NCBI GenBank assembly: GCA_041690355.1
Contig: JAWLHK010000005.1
Span: 62,001 to 126,000 of the forward strand
DNA: 64,000 nt
From: a bacterium
GTDB taxonomy: Bacteria; J088; JAWLBW01
Reading direction: 5' to 3'
Numbering within the stretch: the first letter of the stretch is position 1; each line of letters begins with the position of its first letter. Positions 31,159-42,892 of this stretch are shown here, piece after piece. Made by a program: the position numbers and the translations under genes. The notes below the pieces were generated by a model. That model did no database searches. It was not told where the DNA came from and saw nothing but the letters and a program-made list of their open reading frames with translations.

Positions 31159-33282
31159 ATGAACCAACCGATCCCCGAGGCTGCGCGGCGCGAACATCTG
31201 CAGGCCCTGGTGCGCCTGGCCGATCGCTACGGCATCCGCACCTCGTACCGCGATGGTATGGGCCAGATGCGCCAGGCGGGGGCCGAGGCCCTGCTGCGCA
31301 TCCTGCACAGCCTGGGGGCCGACCTGGGCCATGGGCCTCAAGCGGCGCTCCTGGAGCACGAGGCCGAGCACTGGGAGCGCCCCGTCGATCCGGTTCTCGT
31401 CGCCTGGGGGGGCGATCTGCTCGCCGAGATCCGCCTGCCCGCCGGCCACCGCGGCGGCCTGCTGTGGCGGCTGTCACTCGAAGACGGCGGCCATCGCGAA
31501 AACGCCTGCCCCCTCGACGACCTCGACGGCGCCGAGGTCGCAACGCAGGGGGGGCGCTACCGCACGTACCGGCTCGCCATGCGCCGCCTCCCCCTCGGCT
31601 ACCACCGGCTCGCGGTGCACTCGGGCGAGCACGCCGCCGAGGCGCTGGTCATCGCGGCGCCGCTGCGCGCCTGGGTGCCCAAGGGGCTGCGCGCCTGGGG
31701 GGTCTTCTCCCCCACGTACGCGCTGCATTCCGCCGACGGCCCGGGCGTGGGGACGTTCACCGAACTCCAGCGGCTCACGGAGTGGGTGCACGGCCTGGGC
31801 GGGAGCGTCGTCGCCACGCTCCCCATGCTGGCCACGTTTCTCGACGAACCCTTCGACCCGAGCCCTTACGCCCCGGTGAGCCGGCTGTTCTGGAACGAGC
31901 TGTTCGTCGACGTGCGCCGCCTGCCCGAGATCGCATATTCCGCCGCGGCCCGCCGCCTGCTCGAATCCGACGCCGTCGGCGAAAGCATCCGCCGCCTGCG
32001 CGCCGAGCCGCTGGTCGACTACCGGGCGCAGTACGCGCTGCAGCGCCGCCTGCTCGAGCCGCTGGCCGCCGCCTTCTTCGCGAACGCTCCGGATGCGCGG
32101 CGCGACGCCTATGCCGCCTTCCTGCGCGAGAAGCCCGCTCTGCGCGACTACGCCGTCTTTCGCGCCGCGACCGAGCGCCGCCGCTCTGCCTGGCAGAGCT
32201 GGGAGTCGCCGGCGCGCGACGGCCGCCTCGAGACGCAGGACTTCGATGCGGCGGCGGCCGACCTGCACGCCTATGCCCAGTTCGCCGCCCACGAGCAACT
32301 GACCGAACTGGCGCGACACGGCCGCGAAGGCGGGCTCGGCCTCTATCTCGATCTGCCCATCGGCGCCAACCTCGACAGCTACGACGTCTGGCGCGAGCGG
32401 CGTCTCTTCGCCCTCGACGTCTCGACCGGCGCCCCGCCCGATCCCTTCTTCACGCGCGGCCAGAACTGGGGGTTCCCGCCGCTGCTCCCCGAAGCCGACC
32501 GGCGGCAGGGCTACGCCTACACGCTCGCCTTTCTGCGCAACCATCTGGCCTACGCCGGCGTGCTGCGCATCGATCACGTCATGGCCCTGCACCGCCTCTT
32601 CTGGGTGCCCCGCGGCATGGAGGCGACCGAGGGGCTCTACGTCTACTACCGGCACGAAGAGCTGTACGCCATGCTCCTGCTCGAGTCGCACCGCCGCGAG
32701 GTTCTTCTCGCCGGCGAGAACCTGGGCACGGTTCCCGGCGAGGTCAATCAGGCCATGGCCGACCACCGGCTGCAGAAGCTCTACGTGCTGCAGTACGAGC
32801 TGCAGCCCGACCCGAAGCACCCGCTGCGCCCGACGCCGCGCGAGAGCGTCGCGAGCCTGAACACGCACGACATGCCGCCGTTCGCCGCCTACTGGAGAAA
32901 GCGCGACGTCGACGAGCGGCGCACCGCAGGTCTGCTCGACGACGCCGGCGTCGAGCACGAGCGGGCCGTGCGCGCGCAGATGCGCGCGGGACTGGTGCGC
33001 ACCCTCGCCCGCAAACGGTACCGCATCGCCGCCGACGACCCGCCGGGGCGCGTGGCCCGCGCCGCCCTCGAATTTCTTGCGGCGGGACCGGCGCGGCTCG
33101 TGCTCGCCAACCTCGAGGATCTGTGGGAAGAAGAGGAATCGCAGAACCGCCCGGGCACCACCACCGAGCACCCGAACTGGCGGCGCAAGCTGCGCCTCGA
33201 TCTGGAAACCATCATGACGCAGGCAGACATCGAAGAAGCGCTGGGCGCGATCGACGTCCGCCGCAAGAGGAAATCTTCATGA
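31159..33282 (+). CDS. malQ: 4-alpha-glucanotransferase (GH77)
   Basis: [49 protein letters not shown]. Confidence 0.95.
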   Translation: MNQPIPEAARREHLQALVRLADRYGIRTSYRDGMGQMRQAGAEALLRILHSLGADLGHGPQAALLEHEAEHWERPVDPVLVAWGGDLLAEIRLPAGHRGGLLWRLSLEDGGHRENACPLDDLDGAEVATQGGRYRTYRLAMRRLPLGYHRLAVHSGEHAAEALVIAAPLRAWVPKGLRAWGVFSPTYALHSADGPGVGTFTELQRLTEWVHGLGGSVVATLPMLATFLDEPFDPSPYAPVSRLFWNELFVDVRRLPEIAYSAAARRLLESDAVGESIRRLRAEPLVDYRAQYALQRRLLEPLAAAFFANAPDARRDAYAAFLREKPALRDYAVFRAATERRRSAWQSWESPARDGRLETQDFDAAAADLHAYAQFAAHEQLTELARHGREGGLGLYLDLPIGANLDSYDVWRERRLFALDVSTGAPPDPFFTRGQNWGFPPLLPEADRRQGYAYTLAFLRNHLAYAGVLRIDHVMALHRLFWVPRGMEATEGLYVYYRHEELYAMLLLESHRREVLLAGENLGTVPGEVNQAMADHRLQKLYVLQYELQPDPKHPLRPTPRESVASLNTHDMPPFAAYWRKRDVDERRTAGLLDDAGVEHERAVRAQMRAGLVRTLARKRYRIAADDPPGRVARAALEFLAAGPARLVLANLEDLWEEEESQNRPGTTTEHPNWRRKLRLDLETIMTQADIEEALGAIDVRRKRKSS

Positions 33283-35348
33283 GCGACGACCGCGACGACG
33301 CAAGCGAACCGACCCGGAGCAAGCTGCGCGATCAGGAAGCCAAGGAGCCCCGTTCGCGACGACGCAGCGGCGCGGCAGCGGCGCCGCGCGATCCGCACGC
33401 CACGCCGCGCACGGCCGAGCACCCGCTGCGGGGGGCCGGGCGCGAACCCTTCAGCCTGCTCACCGACGACGACGTCTACCTGTTCAACGAGGGCAAACAT
33501 TTCCGCCTGTACCGCCACCTCGGGGCCCATCCCGCCGAGCTGGCGGGTCGCGCCGGCACCGCCTTTGCCTGCTGGGCCCCCGACGCCAACTACGTGAGCG
33601 TCGTCGGCGACTTCAACGGCTGGGACAGCGCCGCGAACCCGCTCCGGCCGAAGGGCAACTCGGGCATCTGGGAGGGGTTTGTCCCCGACGCGGGTCCCGG
33701 CACCCTCTACAAGTTCCACATCGGCTCGCAGTACCACGGCTACCGGGTCAACAAGGCCGACCCGTTCGGCTTCCGGCACGAAGAGCCGCCGCGCACGGCC
33801 TCGATCGTGACCGCCTTCGACTACGCCTGGGGCGACGGCGACTGGATGCGCCGGCGCGGCGCGCGCAACGCCCTCGGGGCGCCGATGTCGGTCTACGAGG
33901 TGCACCTCGGCTCCTGGATGCGCGTCCCGGAAGAGGGGAACCGTTGGCTGAGCTACCGCGAGCTCGCGCCGCGCCTCGTCGAGTACGTGCAGCGGCTAGG
34001 GTTCACGCACGTGGAGTTTCTGCCGGTCATGGAGCATCCGTTCTACGGCAGCTGGGGGTATCAGATCACCGGCTACTTCGCCCCGACGCACCGCTACGGC
34101 AGCCCGCAGGACTTCATGTTCCTCATCGATCAGCTGCACCAGGCCGACATCGGCGTCATTCTCGACTGGGTCCCCTCCCACTTCCCCAACGACGAGCACG
34201 GGCTCGCCTACTTCGACGGCACGCACCTGTTCGAGCACGCCGATATGCGCAAGGGATTCCACCCCGACTGGCAGAGCCTGATCTTCAACTACGGGCGCAA
34301 CGAAGTGCGCAGCTTTCTGATCAGCAACGCCCTGTTCTGGCTCGACCGCTATCACATCGACGGTCTGCGCGTCGACGCGGTCGCATCCATGCTCTATCTC
34401 GATTACTCGCGGAAAGAAGGGGAGTGGATTCCCAACGAATACGGCGGACGCGAGAACCTCGAGGCCATCGGCTTTCTGCGCGAATTCAACAGCACGGTTT
34501 ATGCCGAATATCCCGACGTGCAGACCATCGCCGAAGAGTCGACGGCCTGGCCCGGGGTTTCACGCCCGACCTACGTGGGGGGGCTCGGTTTCGGCATGAA
34601 GTGGGACATGGGGTGGATGCATGACACCCTGCAGTACTTCAGTCGCGAGCCGATTCACCGCCGCTATCACCACGGCGAGCTCACGTTCCGCATGGTCTAT
34701 GCCTTCTCCGAGAATTTCATGCTCCCCCTTTCCCACGACGAGGTCGTGCACGGCAAGGGGAGTATTCTCGCGAAGATGCCGGGCGACGACTGGCAGAAGT
34801 TCGCCAGCCTGCGCCTGCTCTACGGATACCTGTGGGCGCAGCCCGGCAAGAAGCTGCTCTTCATGGGCGACGAGTTCGGCCAGTGGAACGAGTGGAATCA
34901 TGACGGCAGCCTTGCCTGGCACCTGACCGAGTACGAACCGCACCGTGGCGTGCAGCAGTGGATCGCCGATCTCAACCGCGCCTACGGCTGCGAAAGCGCA
35001 CTGCACGAGCTCGACGCCGACCCGGCAGGCTTTCAGTGGCTCGAAGCGAACGACGCCGACCAGAGCGTGCTCGCCTGGCTGCGCCGCGGACGCACCGTCC
35101 AGCGCCCCATCCTCGTGGCCTGCAATTTCACCCCGGTTCCCCGCGAGAATTACCGCATCGGCGTTCCGCTTCCCGGCCGGTGGAAGGAAATTCTGAACAG
35201 CGACGCCACTGCCTACGGCGGCAGCGGAGGGGGGAACTACGGAGGAGTCGAGACCACGCCGGTCCCCTCGCACGGCCAGTTCCAGTCGATCAATGTGACC
35301 CTGCCGCCGCTCGGCATTCTCTTCTTCAAGCCCGCGGAGGCTCCGTGA
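33279..35348 (+). CDS. glgB: 1,4-alpha-glucan branching enzyme
   Basis: [44 protein letters not shown]. Confidence 0.97.
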   Translation: MSDDRDDASEPTRSKLRDQEAKEPRSRRRSGAAAAPRDPHATPRTAEHPLRGAGREPFSLLTDDDVYLFNEGKHFRLYRHLGAHPAELAGRAGTAFACWAPDANYVSVVGDFNGWDSAANPLRPKGNSGIWEGFVPDAGPGTLYKFHIGSQYHGYRVNKADPFGFRHEEPPRTASIVTAFDYAWGDGDWMRRRGARNALGAPMSVYEVHLGSWMRVPEEGNRWLSYRELAPRLVEYVQRLGFTHVEFLPVMEHPFYGSWGYQITGYFAPTHRYGSPQDFMFLIDQLHQADIGVILDWVPSHFPNDEHGLAYFDGTHLFEHADMRKGFHPDWQSLIFNYGRNEVRSFLISNALFWLDRYHIDGLRVDAVASMLYLDYSRKEGEWIPNEYGGRENLEAIGFLREFNSTVYAEYPDVQTIAEESTAWPGVSRPTYVGGLGFGMKWDMGWMHDTLQYFSREPIHRRYHHGELTFRMVYAFSENFMLPLSHDEVVHGKGSILAKMPGDDWQKFASLRLLYGYLWAQPGKKLLFMGDEFGQWNEWNHDGSLAWHLTEYEPHRGVQQWIADLNRAYGCESALHELDADPAGFQWLEANDADQSVLAWLRRGRTVQRPILVACNFTPVPRENYRIGVPLPGRWKEILNSDATAYGGSGGGNYGGVETTPVPSHGQFQSINVTLPPLGILFFKPAEAP

Positions 35349-37240
35349 CACCCGGAGCGGAATACTTGGGCGATGGGCGCTGCCGCTTCACCCTGTGGGC
35401 GCCGTTCGCGAGGGTGGCGTATGTCCACCTTCTCGAAGGAGGGGGAGAGGGGGGGAGTGGGGAAGGGGGGGAGCTTCCGCTTCGGGTCCCCCTTCGGGGG
35501 ACGACAGGGGGGTCCGAAAACTCGTCACTCGTCACTCGTCACTCGTCACTCACAATGCGCAAAGTCGCCCACGGTTATCACCAGGTGGAACTGGATGGCA
35601 TTGCCCCCGGTGCGCGCTACCGGTTCCAGATTGACGATCAGCCGCCCCGCCCCGATCCCGCGTCGCGGCGCCAGCCTGACGGAGTGCATGGACCGTCGGC
35701 CGTCGTCGATCCGGCGTTTCCGTGGACCGATCAGGCCTGGCGCGGTCTCGACCTGCACCGCTGGGTGCTCTACGAGCTGCACGTCGGAACCTTCACGCCC
35801 GACGGGACCTTCGACGCCATCGTCCCGCGCCTCGACGACCTGCGCGACCTCGGCGTCACCGCCCTCGAACTGATGCCGGTGGCCCAGAATCCGGGCACGC
35901 GCAACTGGGGCTACGACGCCGTCTACCCCTGGGCCGTGCAGGAATCGTACGGCGGACCCGATAGTCTGCGCCGCCTGGTCGACGCCTGCCACGCCCGCGG
36001 ACTGGCCGTCGTGCTCGATCTCGTCTACAACCACCTCGGACCCGAGGGGAACTATCTCGGAACCTTCGCGCCGTACTTCACGCAGCGCTACCAGACCCCG
36101 TGGGGAGACGCGCTCAACTTCGACGGCCCGCACAGCGACGGGGTCCGCGAATACTTTCTCGAAAACGCGCGCTACTGGATGCGCGAGTTCCACGTCGACG
36201 GCTTCCGCTTCGACGCCGTGCACGCCATCGCCGACCAATCCGCGCGCCCGTTTCTGGCGGAACTGAATGAGGTCATCCACGCCGAGGCGCGCGAGCGCGG
36301 ATTCCCCTGCTGGACCGTCGCCGAGACCGACGCCAACGTTCCCCGCTTCGTAACCCCCGCCGACCGGCTGGGCTACGGCTTCGACGCGCAGTGGAACGAT
36401 GACTGGCATCACGCCCTGCACGCCCTGCTCACCGGCCACGACGTCGGCTACTACGCCGATTACGGAACGGTGCAGCAGTTCGAACGCGCTTGGAACGAGG
36501 GGTATGTCTACCAGGGCGAATACGCCTCGTTCCGCGAGCGGCGCCACGGCGCACCGTCGGCCACCCTTGCGGCAGATCGCTTCGTCGTGTTCGCGACGAA
36601 TCACGATCAGATCGGCAATCCGATGGCCGGCAGCCGCCTGGGACGCTTCGCCGACGCCGGCCGCCTGCGTCTGGCCGCCATGGCGCTGATCCTCTCCCCG
36701 TTCGTCCCCTTGCTCTTCATGGGCGAGGAATACGCGGAGGACGCTCCCTTCTTCTATTTCATCGAGCACGGCGATCCGCAGCTCGTCGAGGCGGTACGGC
36801 AGGGGCGCCGCGAAGAATTCCGCGGTTTCCGCTGGACGGGCGAGCTGCCGGATCCGCAGGCCGAAAGCACCTTCGCCCAAAGCCGCCTCCGGTGGGAACT
36901 GCGCATGCAGGGGGAACATGCGGAGATGCTGGGCTGGTACCGGGACCTGCTTGCCCTGCGCCGCTACGACCCGGTCTTCCGCACGCTGTCCAAGGAAGGG
37001 CTCACCGCCCGCGCCGTTCCCGGAACCCGGGCGCTCACCGTGGAACGCAAGGCAGGCGACGAGGCACGTTTGATCGTCCTGCACTTCGCGCCCGAGCCCG
37101 CCGACGTTCCACTTCCGTTCGCCGGCCCCTGGATGCGCATGCTGGGATGTGAGGCACCGCCGCGGGCCGACGCCGTCGCCCGGCTCGGTCCCTGGGCCTG
37201 CGGGGCCTACTGTCGCAAACCGCTTCCCCCCTCCGCATAG
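35345..37240 (+). CDS. treZ: Malto-oligosyltrehalose trehalohydrolase, with an in-frame low-complexity insertion near the N-terminus
   Basis: [60 protein letters not shown] overlap with glgB. Confidence 0.95.
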   Translation: MTPGAEYLGDGRCRFTLWAPFARVAYVHLLEGGGEGGSGEGGELPLRVPLRGTTGGSENSSLVTRHSSLTMRKVAHGYHQVELDGIAPGARYRFQIDDQPPRPDPASRRQPDGVHGPSAVVDPAFPWTDQAWRGLDLHRWVLYELHVGTFTPDGTFDAIVPRLDDLRDLGVTALELMPVAQNPGTRNWGYDAVYPWAVQESYGGPDSLRRLVDACHARGLAVVLDLVYNHLGPEGNYLGTFAPYFTQRYQTPWGDALNFDGPHSDGVREYFLENARYWMREFHVDGFRFDAVHAIADQSARPFLAELNEVIHAEARERGFPCWTVAETDANVPRFVTPADRLGYGFDAQWNDDWHHALHALLTGHDVGYYADYGTVQQFERAWNEGYVYQGEYASFRERRHGAPSATLAADRFVVFATNHDQIGNPMAGSRLGRFADAGRLRLAAMALILSPFVPLLFMGEEYAEDAPFFYFIEHGDPQLVEAVRQGRREEFRGFRWTGELPDPQAESTFAQSRLRWELRMQGEHAEMLGWYRDLLALRRYDPVFRTLSKEGLTARAVPGTRALTVERKAGDEARLIVLHFAPEPADVPLPFAGPWMRMLGCEAPPRADAVARLGPWACGAYCRKPLPPSA

Positions 37241-37247
37241 GGACACC

Positions 37248-39683
37248 GTGCCAGCTTCACGCCGCTACATCTGCATTCACGGCCACTTCTATCAGCCCCC
37301 ACGCGAGAATCCGTGGATCGAGGCGATCGAGGTCCAGGACTCCGCTTTTCCCTACCACGACTGGAACGAGCGGGTCACCGCCGAGTGCTACGCGCCGAAC
37401 GCGGTCTCGCGCATCCTCGACGGCGAGGGGCGCATCGTCAAGATCCTCAACAACTACAGCCGCATCTCGTTCAACTTCGGGCCCACCCTGCTCGCCTGGA
37501 TGGAGCAGGCCGAGCCCCGCGTCTACGAACGTGTCATCGAGGCCGATCGCGAGAGCCGTAAGCGCTTCGGCGGCCACGGGTCGGCCGTGGCCCAGGTCTA
37601 CAATCACATCATCCTCCCCCTCGCCTCGCCGCGGGACAAGAAGACCCAGGTCGTCTGGGGGGTGCGCGACTTCGAGCACCGCTTCGGCCGCAAACCCGAA
37701 GGCATGTGGCTGGCCGAGACCGCCGTCGATCTCGAATCGCTCGATCTCATGGCCGAACAGGGGATCCTCTACACGATTCTCGCCCCCCACCAGGCGAAGC
37801 GGGTACGCAAGCTGAGCGGGAAGGGAGACTGGGCCGACGTCACCGGCGGACGCATCGATCCGACCCGCGCCTATCTGCAGCGCCTCGCCTCGGGGCGGTC
37901 GATCACCCTCTTCTTCTACGACGGCCCGATCTCACAAGGGGTCGCCTTCGAGGGGCTGCTTTCGCGCGGCGAATACCTGGCCGAGCGGCTCATCGGCGCT
38001 TTCAGCGAAGATCGCCGCGAGCCGCAGCTCGTCCACATCGCCACCGACGGCGAGACCTACGGCCATCATCACCGTTACGGCGACATGGCCCTCGCCTACG
38101 CGCTCGAGACCATCGAGTCGCGCGAAGATGTCATCCTGACGAACTACGGGGAATTTCTCGAGCGCCATCCGCCCACGCACGAGGTCGAGATCCTCGAGGC
38201 CACGGCGTGGAGCTGCGCGCACGGCGTCGAACGCTGGCGCAGCAACTGCGGATGCAGCACCGGGGGCGAAGCCGGGTGGAACCAGTTGTGGCGCACGGGG
38301 CTGCGCGACGCCCTCGACTGGCTGGCGTCTGCCGTGGCCGGCCCCTTCGAGGCCCGGGGGAGAACGGTGCTGCAGGACCCCTGGGGCACCCGCGACGACT
38401 ATATCGAGGTCATCCTCGACCGCTCGCGCGGCGCCGTGGGCGACTTCTTCGCGCGGCACGCGACGCATCCCCTCACCGACGACGAGCTGGTCACCGCGCT
38501 CCAGCTGCTCGAGCTGCAGCGTCATGTGCTGCTCATGTACACGAGCTGCGGCTGGTTCTTCAACGAGCTGTCGGGCATCGAGACCGTACAGGTCATCCAA
38601 TACGCCGCGCGCGTCGTGCAGCTGGCGCAGGCCCTCTTCGACGGCGATTTCGAGAGCGAGTTTCTCGCGCGCCTCGAGAAGGCCGAGAGCAACATCCCCG
38701 AGCACCGCAACGGACGGGCCATCTACGAGAAATTCGCGAAACCGGCCATCACCGATCTTGCGAAAGTCGGCGCGCACTACGCCATGACGTCGCTCTTCGA
38801 AGACTTCGGCGATCAGACCGACATCTACTGCTACACGGTGACGCGCCAGCACGAGCAGGTGCAGACAGCCGGGCGCGCGCGCGTCATCGTCGGCCGCGCC
38901 GAGGTGACTTCGCGCGTGACCTGGGCGACGCAGGAGTTGAGCTACGGCGTGCTCTACTTCGGCGACCACAACCTGATCGGCGGGGTGCGCGAGTTCCAGG
39001 GTGAACCGGTATACCGGGATATGATCCGGACGATCATGGACTCCTTCTCCCGCGCCGACTTTCCCGAGACCATCCGGTGGCTCGACAAGCAGTTCGGTCC
39101 GCTCATCTATTCGCTGCGCTCCCTTTTCCACGACGAACAGCGGCGCATCCTGGGCGTCGTGCTCGACCAGACGCTGCGCGAGGCCGCGGCCGTCTACCGG
39201 CAGGTCTACGAGAATCACACGCCGCTCATGCGCTTTCTCGCCGATCTCGGCGTTCCGCTGCCCCGCGCCCTGCTCACGGCAGACCATTTCGTCGTGAACC
39301 ACGATCTGCGCGAGGCCCTCTCGCAGGACGATCTCGATCTGGCACGCATTCAGAACCTGGCCGAAGAGGCGCGCTCGCGCAACGTCGATCTGGATAAGGC
39401 CGACCTCGGATTTCTGCTGCAACGCCAGATCGAACAGCGCGCCGAACGCCTGCAGCGCAGCACCTCCGACGCGGCCCTGCGCGAGTTCATCGCCCTCGTG
39501 CGCCTGGCCGGGCGCCTCCCCTTCACGGTCGACCTCTGGCGCGTGCAGAACATCTACTACGATATTCTTCAGAACAACTACCCCAAATACCGGCGCCGGG
39601 CCGAGCGCGGCGAACGCGACGCCCAGGAGTGGGCGGCCGACTTCCGCGAACTCGGGCAGCGTCTTTCGGTGCGGGTATCGTGA
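37248..39683 (+). CDS. GH57-family glycoside hydrolase with DUF3536-like C-terminus
   Basis: HGHFYQPPRENPW, GMWLAET, ATDGETYGHH, WSCAHGVERW, MYTSCGWFF. Confidence 0.9.
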   Translation: MPASRRYICIHGHFYQPPRENPWIEAIEVQDSAFPYHDWNERVTAECYAPNAVSRILDGEGRIVKILNNYSRISFNFGPTLLAWMEQAEPRVYERVIEADRESRKRFGGHGSAVAQVYNHIILPLASPRDKKTQVVWGVRDFEHRFGRKPEGMWLAETAVDLESLDLMAEQGILYTILAPHQAKRVRKLSGKGDWADVTGGRIDPTRAYLQRLASGRSITLFFYDGPISQGVAFEGLLSRGEYLAERLIGAFSEDRREPQLVHIATDGETYGHHHRYGDMALAYALETIESREDVILTNYGEFLERHPPTHEVEILEATAWSCAHGVERWRSNCGCSTGGEAGWNQLWRTGLRDALDWLASAVAGPFEARGRTVLQDPWGTRDDYIEVILDRSRGAVGDFFARHATHPLTDDELVTALQLLELQRHVLLMYTSCGWFFNELSGIETVQVIQYAARVVQLAQALFDGDFESEFLARLEKAESNIPEHRNGRAIYEKFAKPAITDLAKVGAHYAMTSLFEDFGDQTDIYCYTVTRQHEQVQTAGRARVIVGRAEVTSRVTWATQELSYGVLYFGDHNLIGGVREFQGEPVYRDMIRTIMDSFSRADFPETIRWLDKQFGPLIYSLRSLFHDEQRRILGVVLDQTLREAAAVYRQVYENHTPLMRFLADLGVPLPRALLTADHFVVNHDLREALSQDDLDLARIQNLAEEARSRNVDLDKADLGFLLQRQIEQRAERLQRSTSDAALREFIALVRLAGRLPFTVDLWRVQNIYYDILQNNYPKYRRRAERGERDAQEWAADFRELGQRLSVRVS

Positions 39684-42538
39684 TGGCGCACCGGCCCCGA
39701 GCGACCTACCGGCTGCAGCTTCACGCGGGATTCACCCTCGCCGACGCGCGCCGGCTGCTCGACTACCTGGCCGACCTGGGGATCAGCGACGTCTACCTCT
39801 CGCCGATCATGGAGGCGCGCCACACGAGCACCCACGGCTACGACGTGACCGACACGAACCAGGTGCGCGAGGTGCTCGGCGGCGACGCCGGATTCCGCGC
39901 GCTGGCCGAGGACGCGCGCCGGCGCGGCATGGGAATCGTCCTGGACTTCGTCCCCAACCACATGGCCGCCCACCACGAGAACCCGTGGTGGTTCGACGTG
40001 CTCGAACACGGACCGCGCTCCCCCTTCGCCCCCCTGTTCCACCTGCACTGGACGCATCCGCCAGCGAGTCTCCGCGGGGCGAGCGGGCGCCTCGTGCTGC
40101 CGGTGCTCGGCGATACCTACGGCAACGCCCTCGAAGACGGCGACCTGCTGCTCGGCTTTCAGGACGGCCGTTTCGTGCTGCGGTATTTCGACCAGGTGTT
40201 CCCCCTGCACCCGCAGTCGACCGCGCGCCTTCTCATGGGCGAAGGTCCGCAGCGGCATGGGCTTCCGGCCCCGCTCCAGACTGCCCTGCGGGAGGTGCTG
40301 GCCGTCCTTTCCGATGCGAACCCCTTTCTGGGTCCGCCGCTGACCCGGGCAGAGTGCGCGGCGCTCCAGGACGCGCGGCGGCGGCTCGCGCAGTGGACCG
40401 AAGAGGAACCCGCATTCCGCCGTCTCGTCGACGACACGCTGCACCGTTTCGCAGGGCGGCCGGGCGAACCGGATTCGTTCGACCCCCTCGACGACCTGAT
40501 CCGCGATCAGGCCTGGCGGCTTGCCTACTGGCGCACCGCGAACGACGCCGTGAACTACCGGCGGTTCTTCGACATCAACGATCTTGTCGCGCTGCGCATG
40601 GAAGATCCCGAAGTCTTCGAGCACACGCATGCGCGGCTGCTCGAATACGTAAACGCCGGCCTGGTGACGGGGGTGCGCCTCGACCACATCGACGGCCTGG
40701 CCGATCCCGAGTCGTATCTCGTGCGCCTGCGCGACCGCCTGGCGGGCGAGAACGCCCCCTGGATACTCGTGGAGAAGATTCTGGGCGAGGGCGAGAAGCT
40801 TCCCGACTGGCCTGTGGCGGGGACGACCGGCTACGACTTCCTGAATCTGCTCAACGGCATGCTCGTCGATCAGCACGGCATCGAGTTTCTCGACCGCAGC
40901 TACGCCCGCTTCATGCACGATACGCCCCACGCCGGCGCCGTTTCGTTCGGCGAAGTCGTCTACCGCGCCAAGCTCCAGATTCTCGATCAGCTGTTCGGCT
41001 GCGACGTCGACCGGCTCACGCAAGCGCTGGCCCGCCTGGCCGTATCGGATCGGCACGCCAACGACCTGCCCCGCAGCGACCTCCGGCAGGCGCTGCTGCA
41101 CTTCACGGCCCTGTTTCCCGTCTACCGCACATACACCCGCGATGCGACCGTGACCCTGCGCGACCGCTGGTACGTCGAAGAGACGGTGCGCCAGACCGAG
41201 GCGCGCCTTCGCGGCCACGGCGAAGGCGAGGCGCTCGCGTTTCTGCGCCGCGTGCTGCTGCTTGATCCGCCCCCCCGCCATCCCGAGCGGCTCGCAGACC
41301 GCCTGCGGTTCGTCGTGGCCTGGCAGCAGCTGAGCGGACCCGCTACGGCCAAGGGGCTCGAAGACACCGCTTTTTACCGGCACACGCGCCTCGTGTCGCT
41401 GAACGCCGTGGGGAGCGACGCCGCCGAGGTGGATCACCCGGCCGACGTCCTGCGTTTCCACCGGCACAACCGCGAGACGGCTGAACGCTGGCCGCTTGCG
41501 ATGACCACCGTCTCGACGCACGACACCAAGCGCAGCGCCGACGTGCGCGCCCGCATCAACGTGCTGTCGGAACTTCCGCTCACCTGGGCGCGGCGTTTCC
41601 GCCGCTGGAGCGCCTGGCACGCGCACCTGCGCAGCGCGGTCGACGGCGGCCGGGCCCCCAATGCGAACGACGAGATGCTGCTGTACCAGACCCTGCTGGG
41701 GGCCTGGCCGCTCGACGGCGGCGGCGACGGCGAGGGATTCGCGCGCCGCATCCGCGCCTACATGCAGAAGGCGGTTCGCGAGGCGAAGCGCGAGACCTCG
41801 TGGCTGGCCCCCAACGCGGCCTACGAAGAGGCGGTGCTGCGCTTCACCGACGGCGTGCTCGATCGGGAAAACCACCGCTTTCGCGACGACTTTCTGCACC
41901 TCGAGAGCCGGGTGGCCTTCTTCGGCGCCCTGAACGGGCTTGCCCAGGTGGTGCTCCAGAATCTGGCCCCGGGGGTTCCCGACCGGTATCAGGGGGACGA
42001 GATGTGGGATCTCTCGCTGGTCGATCCCGACAACCGGCGGCCGGTCGACTTCCGGCGGCGCGAAGGAGCCCTGGCCGGCCTGCGGGCAGCCGAGGCGGCG
42101 GGCAACCTGCAGGCCTGGCTTCGCGACGCCATGGCGCACTGGCGCGACGGCCGCCTCAAGCTGGCGCTCACTGCGCGCACGCTGGCCCTGCGGACCGCCG
42201 AGGCCGAGCTCTTCGCGGCGGGCTCGTACCATGCCGTGCCGGTGCAGGGTGATCGGTCGGCGCATGCCTGCGCCTTCGCGCGCCGCCACGGCAACCGGTG
42301 GGTGGTGGCGGCGGCGCCGCGCCTGACGACCCGCCTCGTGCGCAGCGGCCGGTTCCCCCTCGGCCCCCGCGTGTGGCAGGAGACGGCGCTGCTTCTGCCC
42401 CCCGGCGCTCCGCCGCGCTGGCGCAACGTGCTGACCGACGAGGTCGTCACGGCCGAGGACGTGAGCGACGGCCGCCGGCTGCGCCTGGCCCACCTTTTCG
42501 CCACGCTACCGTATGCAGCGCTCTTGAGTGTCGAGTGA
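39683..42538 (+). CDS. treY: Malto-oligosyltrehalose synthase
   Basis: ATYRLQ, STHGYDV, DFVPNHM, NYRRFFDIN, RLDHIDGL, VEKIL, THDTKRS, LVDPDNRRPVD. Confidence 0.96.
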   Translation: MAHRPRATYRLQLHAGFTLADARRLLDYLADLGISDVYLSPIMEARHTSTHGYDVTDTNQVREVLGGDAGFRALAEDARRRGMGIVLDFVPNHMAAHHENPWWFDVLEHGPRSPFAPLFHLHWTHPPASLRGASGRLVLPVLGDTYGNALEDGDLLLGFQDGRFVLRYFDQVFPLHPQSTARLLMGEGPQRHGLPAPLQTALREVLAVLSDANPFLGPPLTRAECAALQDARRRLAQWTEEEPAFRRLVDDTLHRFAGRPGEPDSFDPLDDLIRDQAWRLAYWRTANDAVNYRRFFDINDLVALRMEDPEVFEHTHARLLEYVNAGLVTGVRLDHIDGLADPESYLVRLRDRLAGENAPWILVEKILGEGEKLPDWPVAGTTGYDFLNLLNGMLVDQHGIEFLDRSYARFMHDTPHAGAVSFGEVVYRAKLQILDQLFGCDVDRLTQALARLAVSDRHANDLPRSDLRQALLHFTALFPVYRTYTRDATVTLRDRWYVEETVRQTEARLRGHGEGEALAFLRRVLLLDPPPRHPERLADRLRFVVAWQQLSGPATAKGLEDTAFYRHTRLVSLNAVGSDAAEVDHPADVLRFHRHNRETAERWPLAMTTVSTHDTKRSADVRARINVLSELPLTWARRFRRWSAWHAHLRSAVDGGRAPNANDEMLLYQTLLGAWPLDGGGDGEGFARRIRAYMQKAVREAKRETSWLAPNAAYEEAVLRFTDGVLDRENHRFRDDFLHLESRVAFFGALNGLAQVVLQNLAPGVPDRYQGDEMWDLSLVDPDNRRPVDFRRREGALAGLRAAEAAGNLQAWLRDAMAHWRDGRLKLALTARTLALRTAEAELFAAGSYHAVPVQGDRSAHACAFARRHGNRWVVAAAPRLTTRLVRSGRFPLGPRVWQETALLLPPGAPPRWRNVLTDEVVTAEDVSDGRRLRLAHLFATLPYAALLSVE

Positions 42539-42892
42539 CGAATTTGCGGACCCCCTGTCATCCCCGAAGGGGGGATCCAATTCGGCGGGGCGCTCTCGAG
42601 TGACGAGTGACGAGAGGGAATTTCTGGACCCGGCACGCTGGCGCACAAAGCCGGGAACCTAGCCAATTTACAATGGACGACCAGTGCTGTCCAAAACAGG
42701 GAACAGGTGTCAGCTGGAATTGTGAGATTCCGCTGACTTCGTGCGAGCAAGGTCCTGCGACGAAGTTTCCTGAATGAATGGTCGGGTCGGCGGCGGGGCG
42801 CTGGGCGCAAGCCCAGTGAGTCGCTGCCCTTGTTCGTGCCCCCCTCTCCCACTCCCCCACTCTCCCCCTCCTCCGCTCCTCCCCGCGCCCAC

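Noticed and set aside
31464-33278. 600-aa N-terminal extension of GlgB (1294-aa ORF)
   Set aside because: Arg/Pro/Ala-rich off-frame read of malQ; the real start is ATG 33279, overlapping the malQ stop
25764-42493. Long minus-strand ORFs opposite the glycogen/trehalose operon (673, 680, 565, 566, 971 aa and others)
   Set aside because: Antisense shadows of well-supported genes
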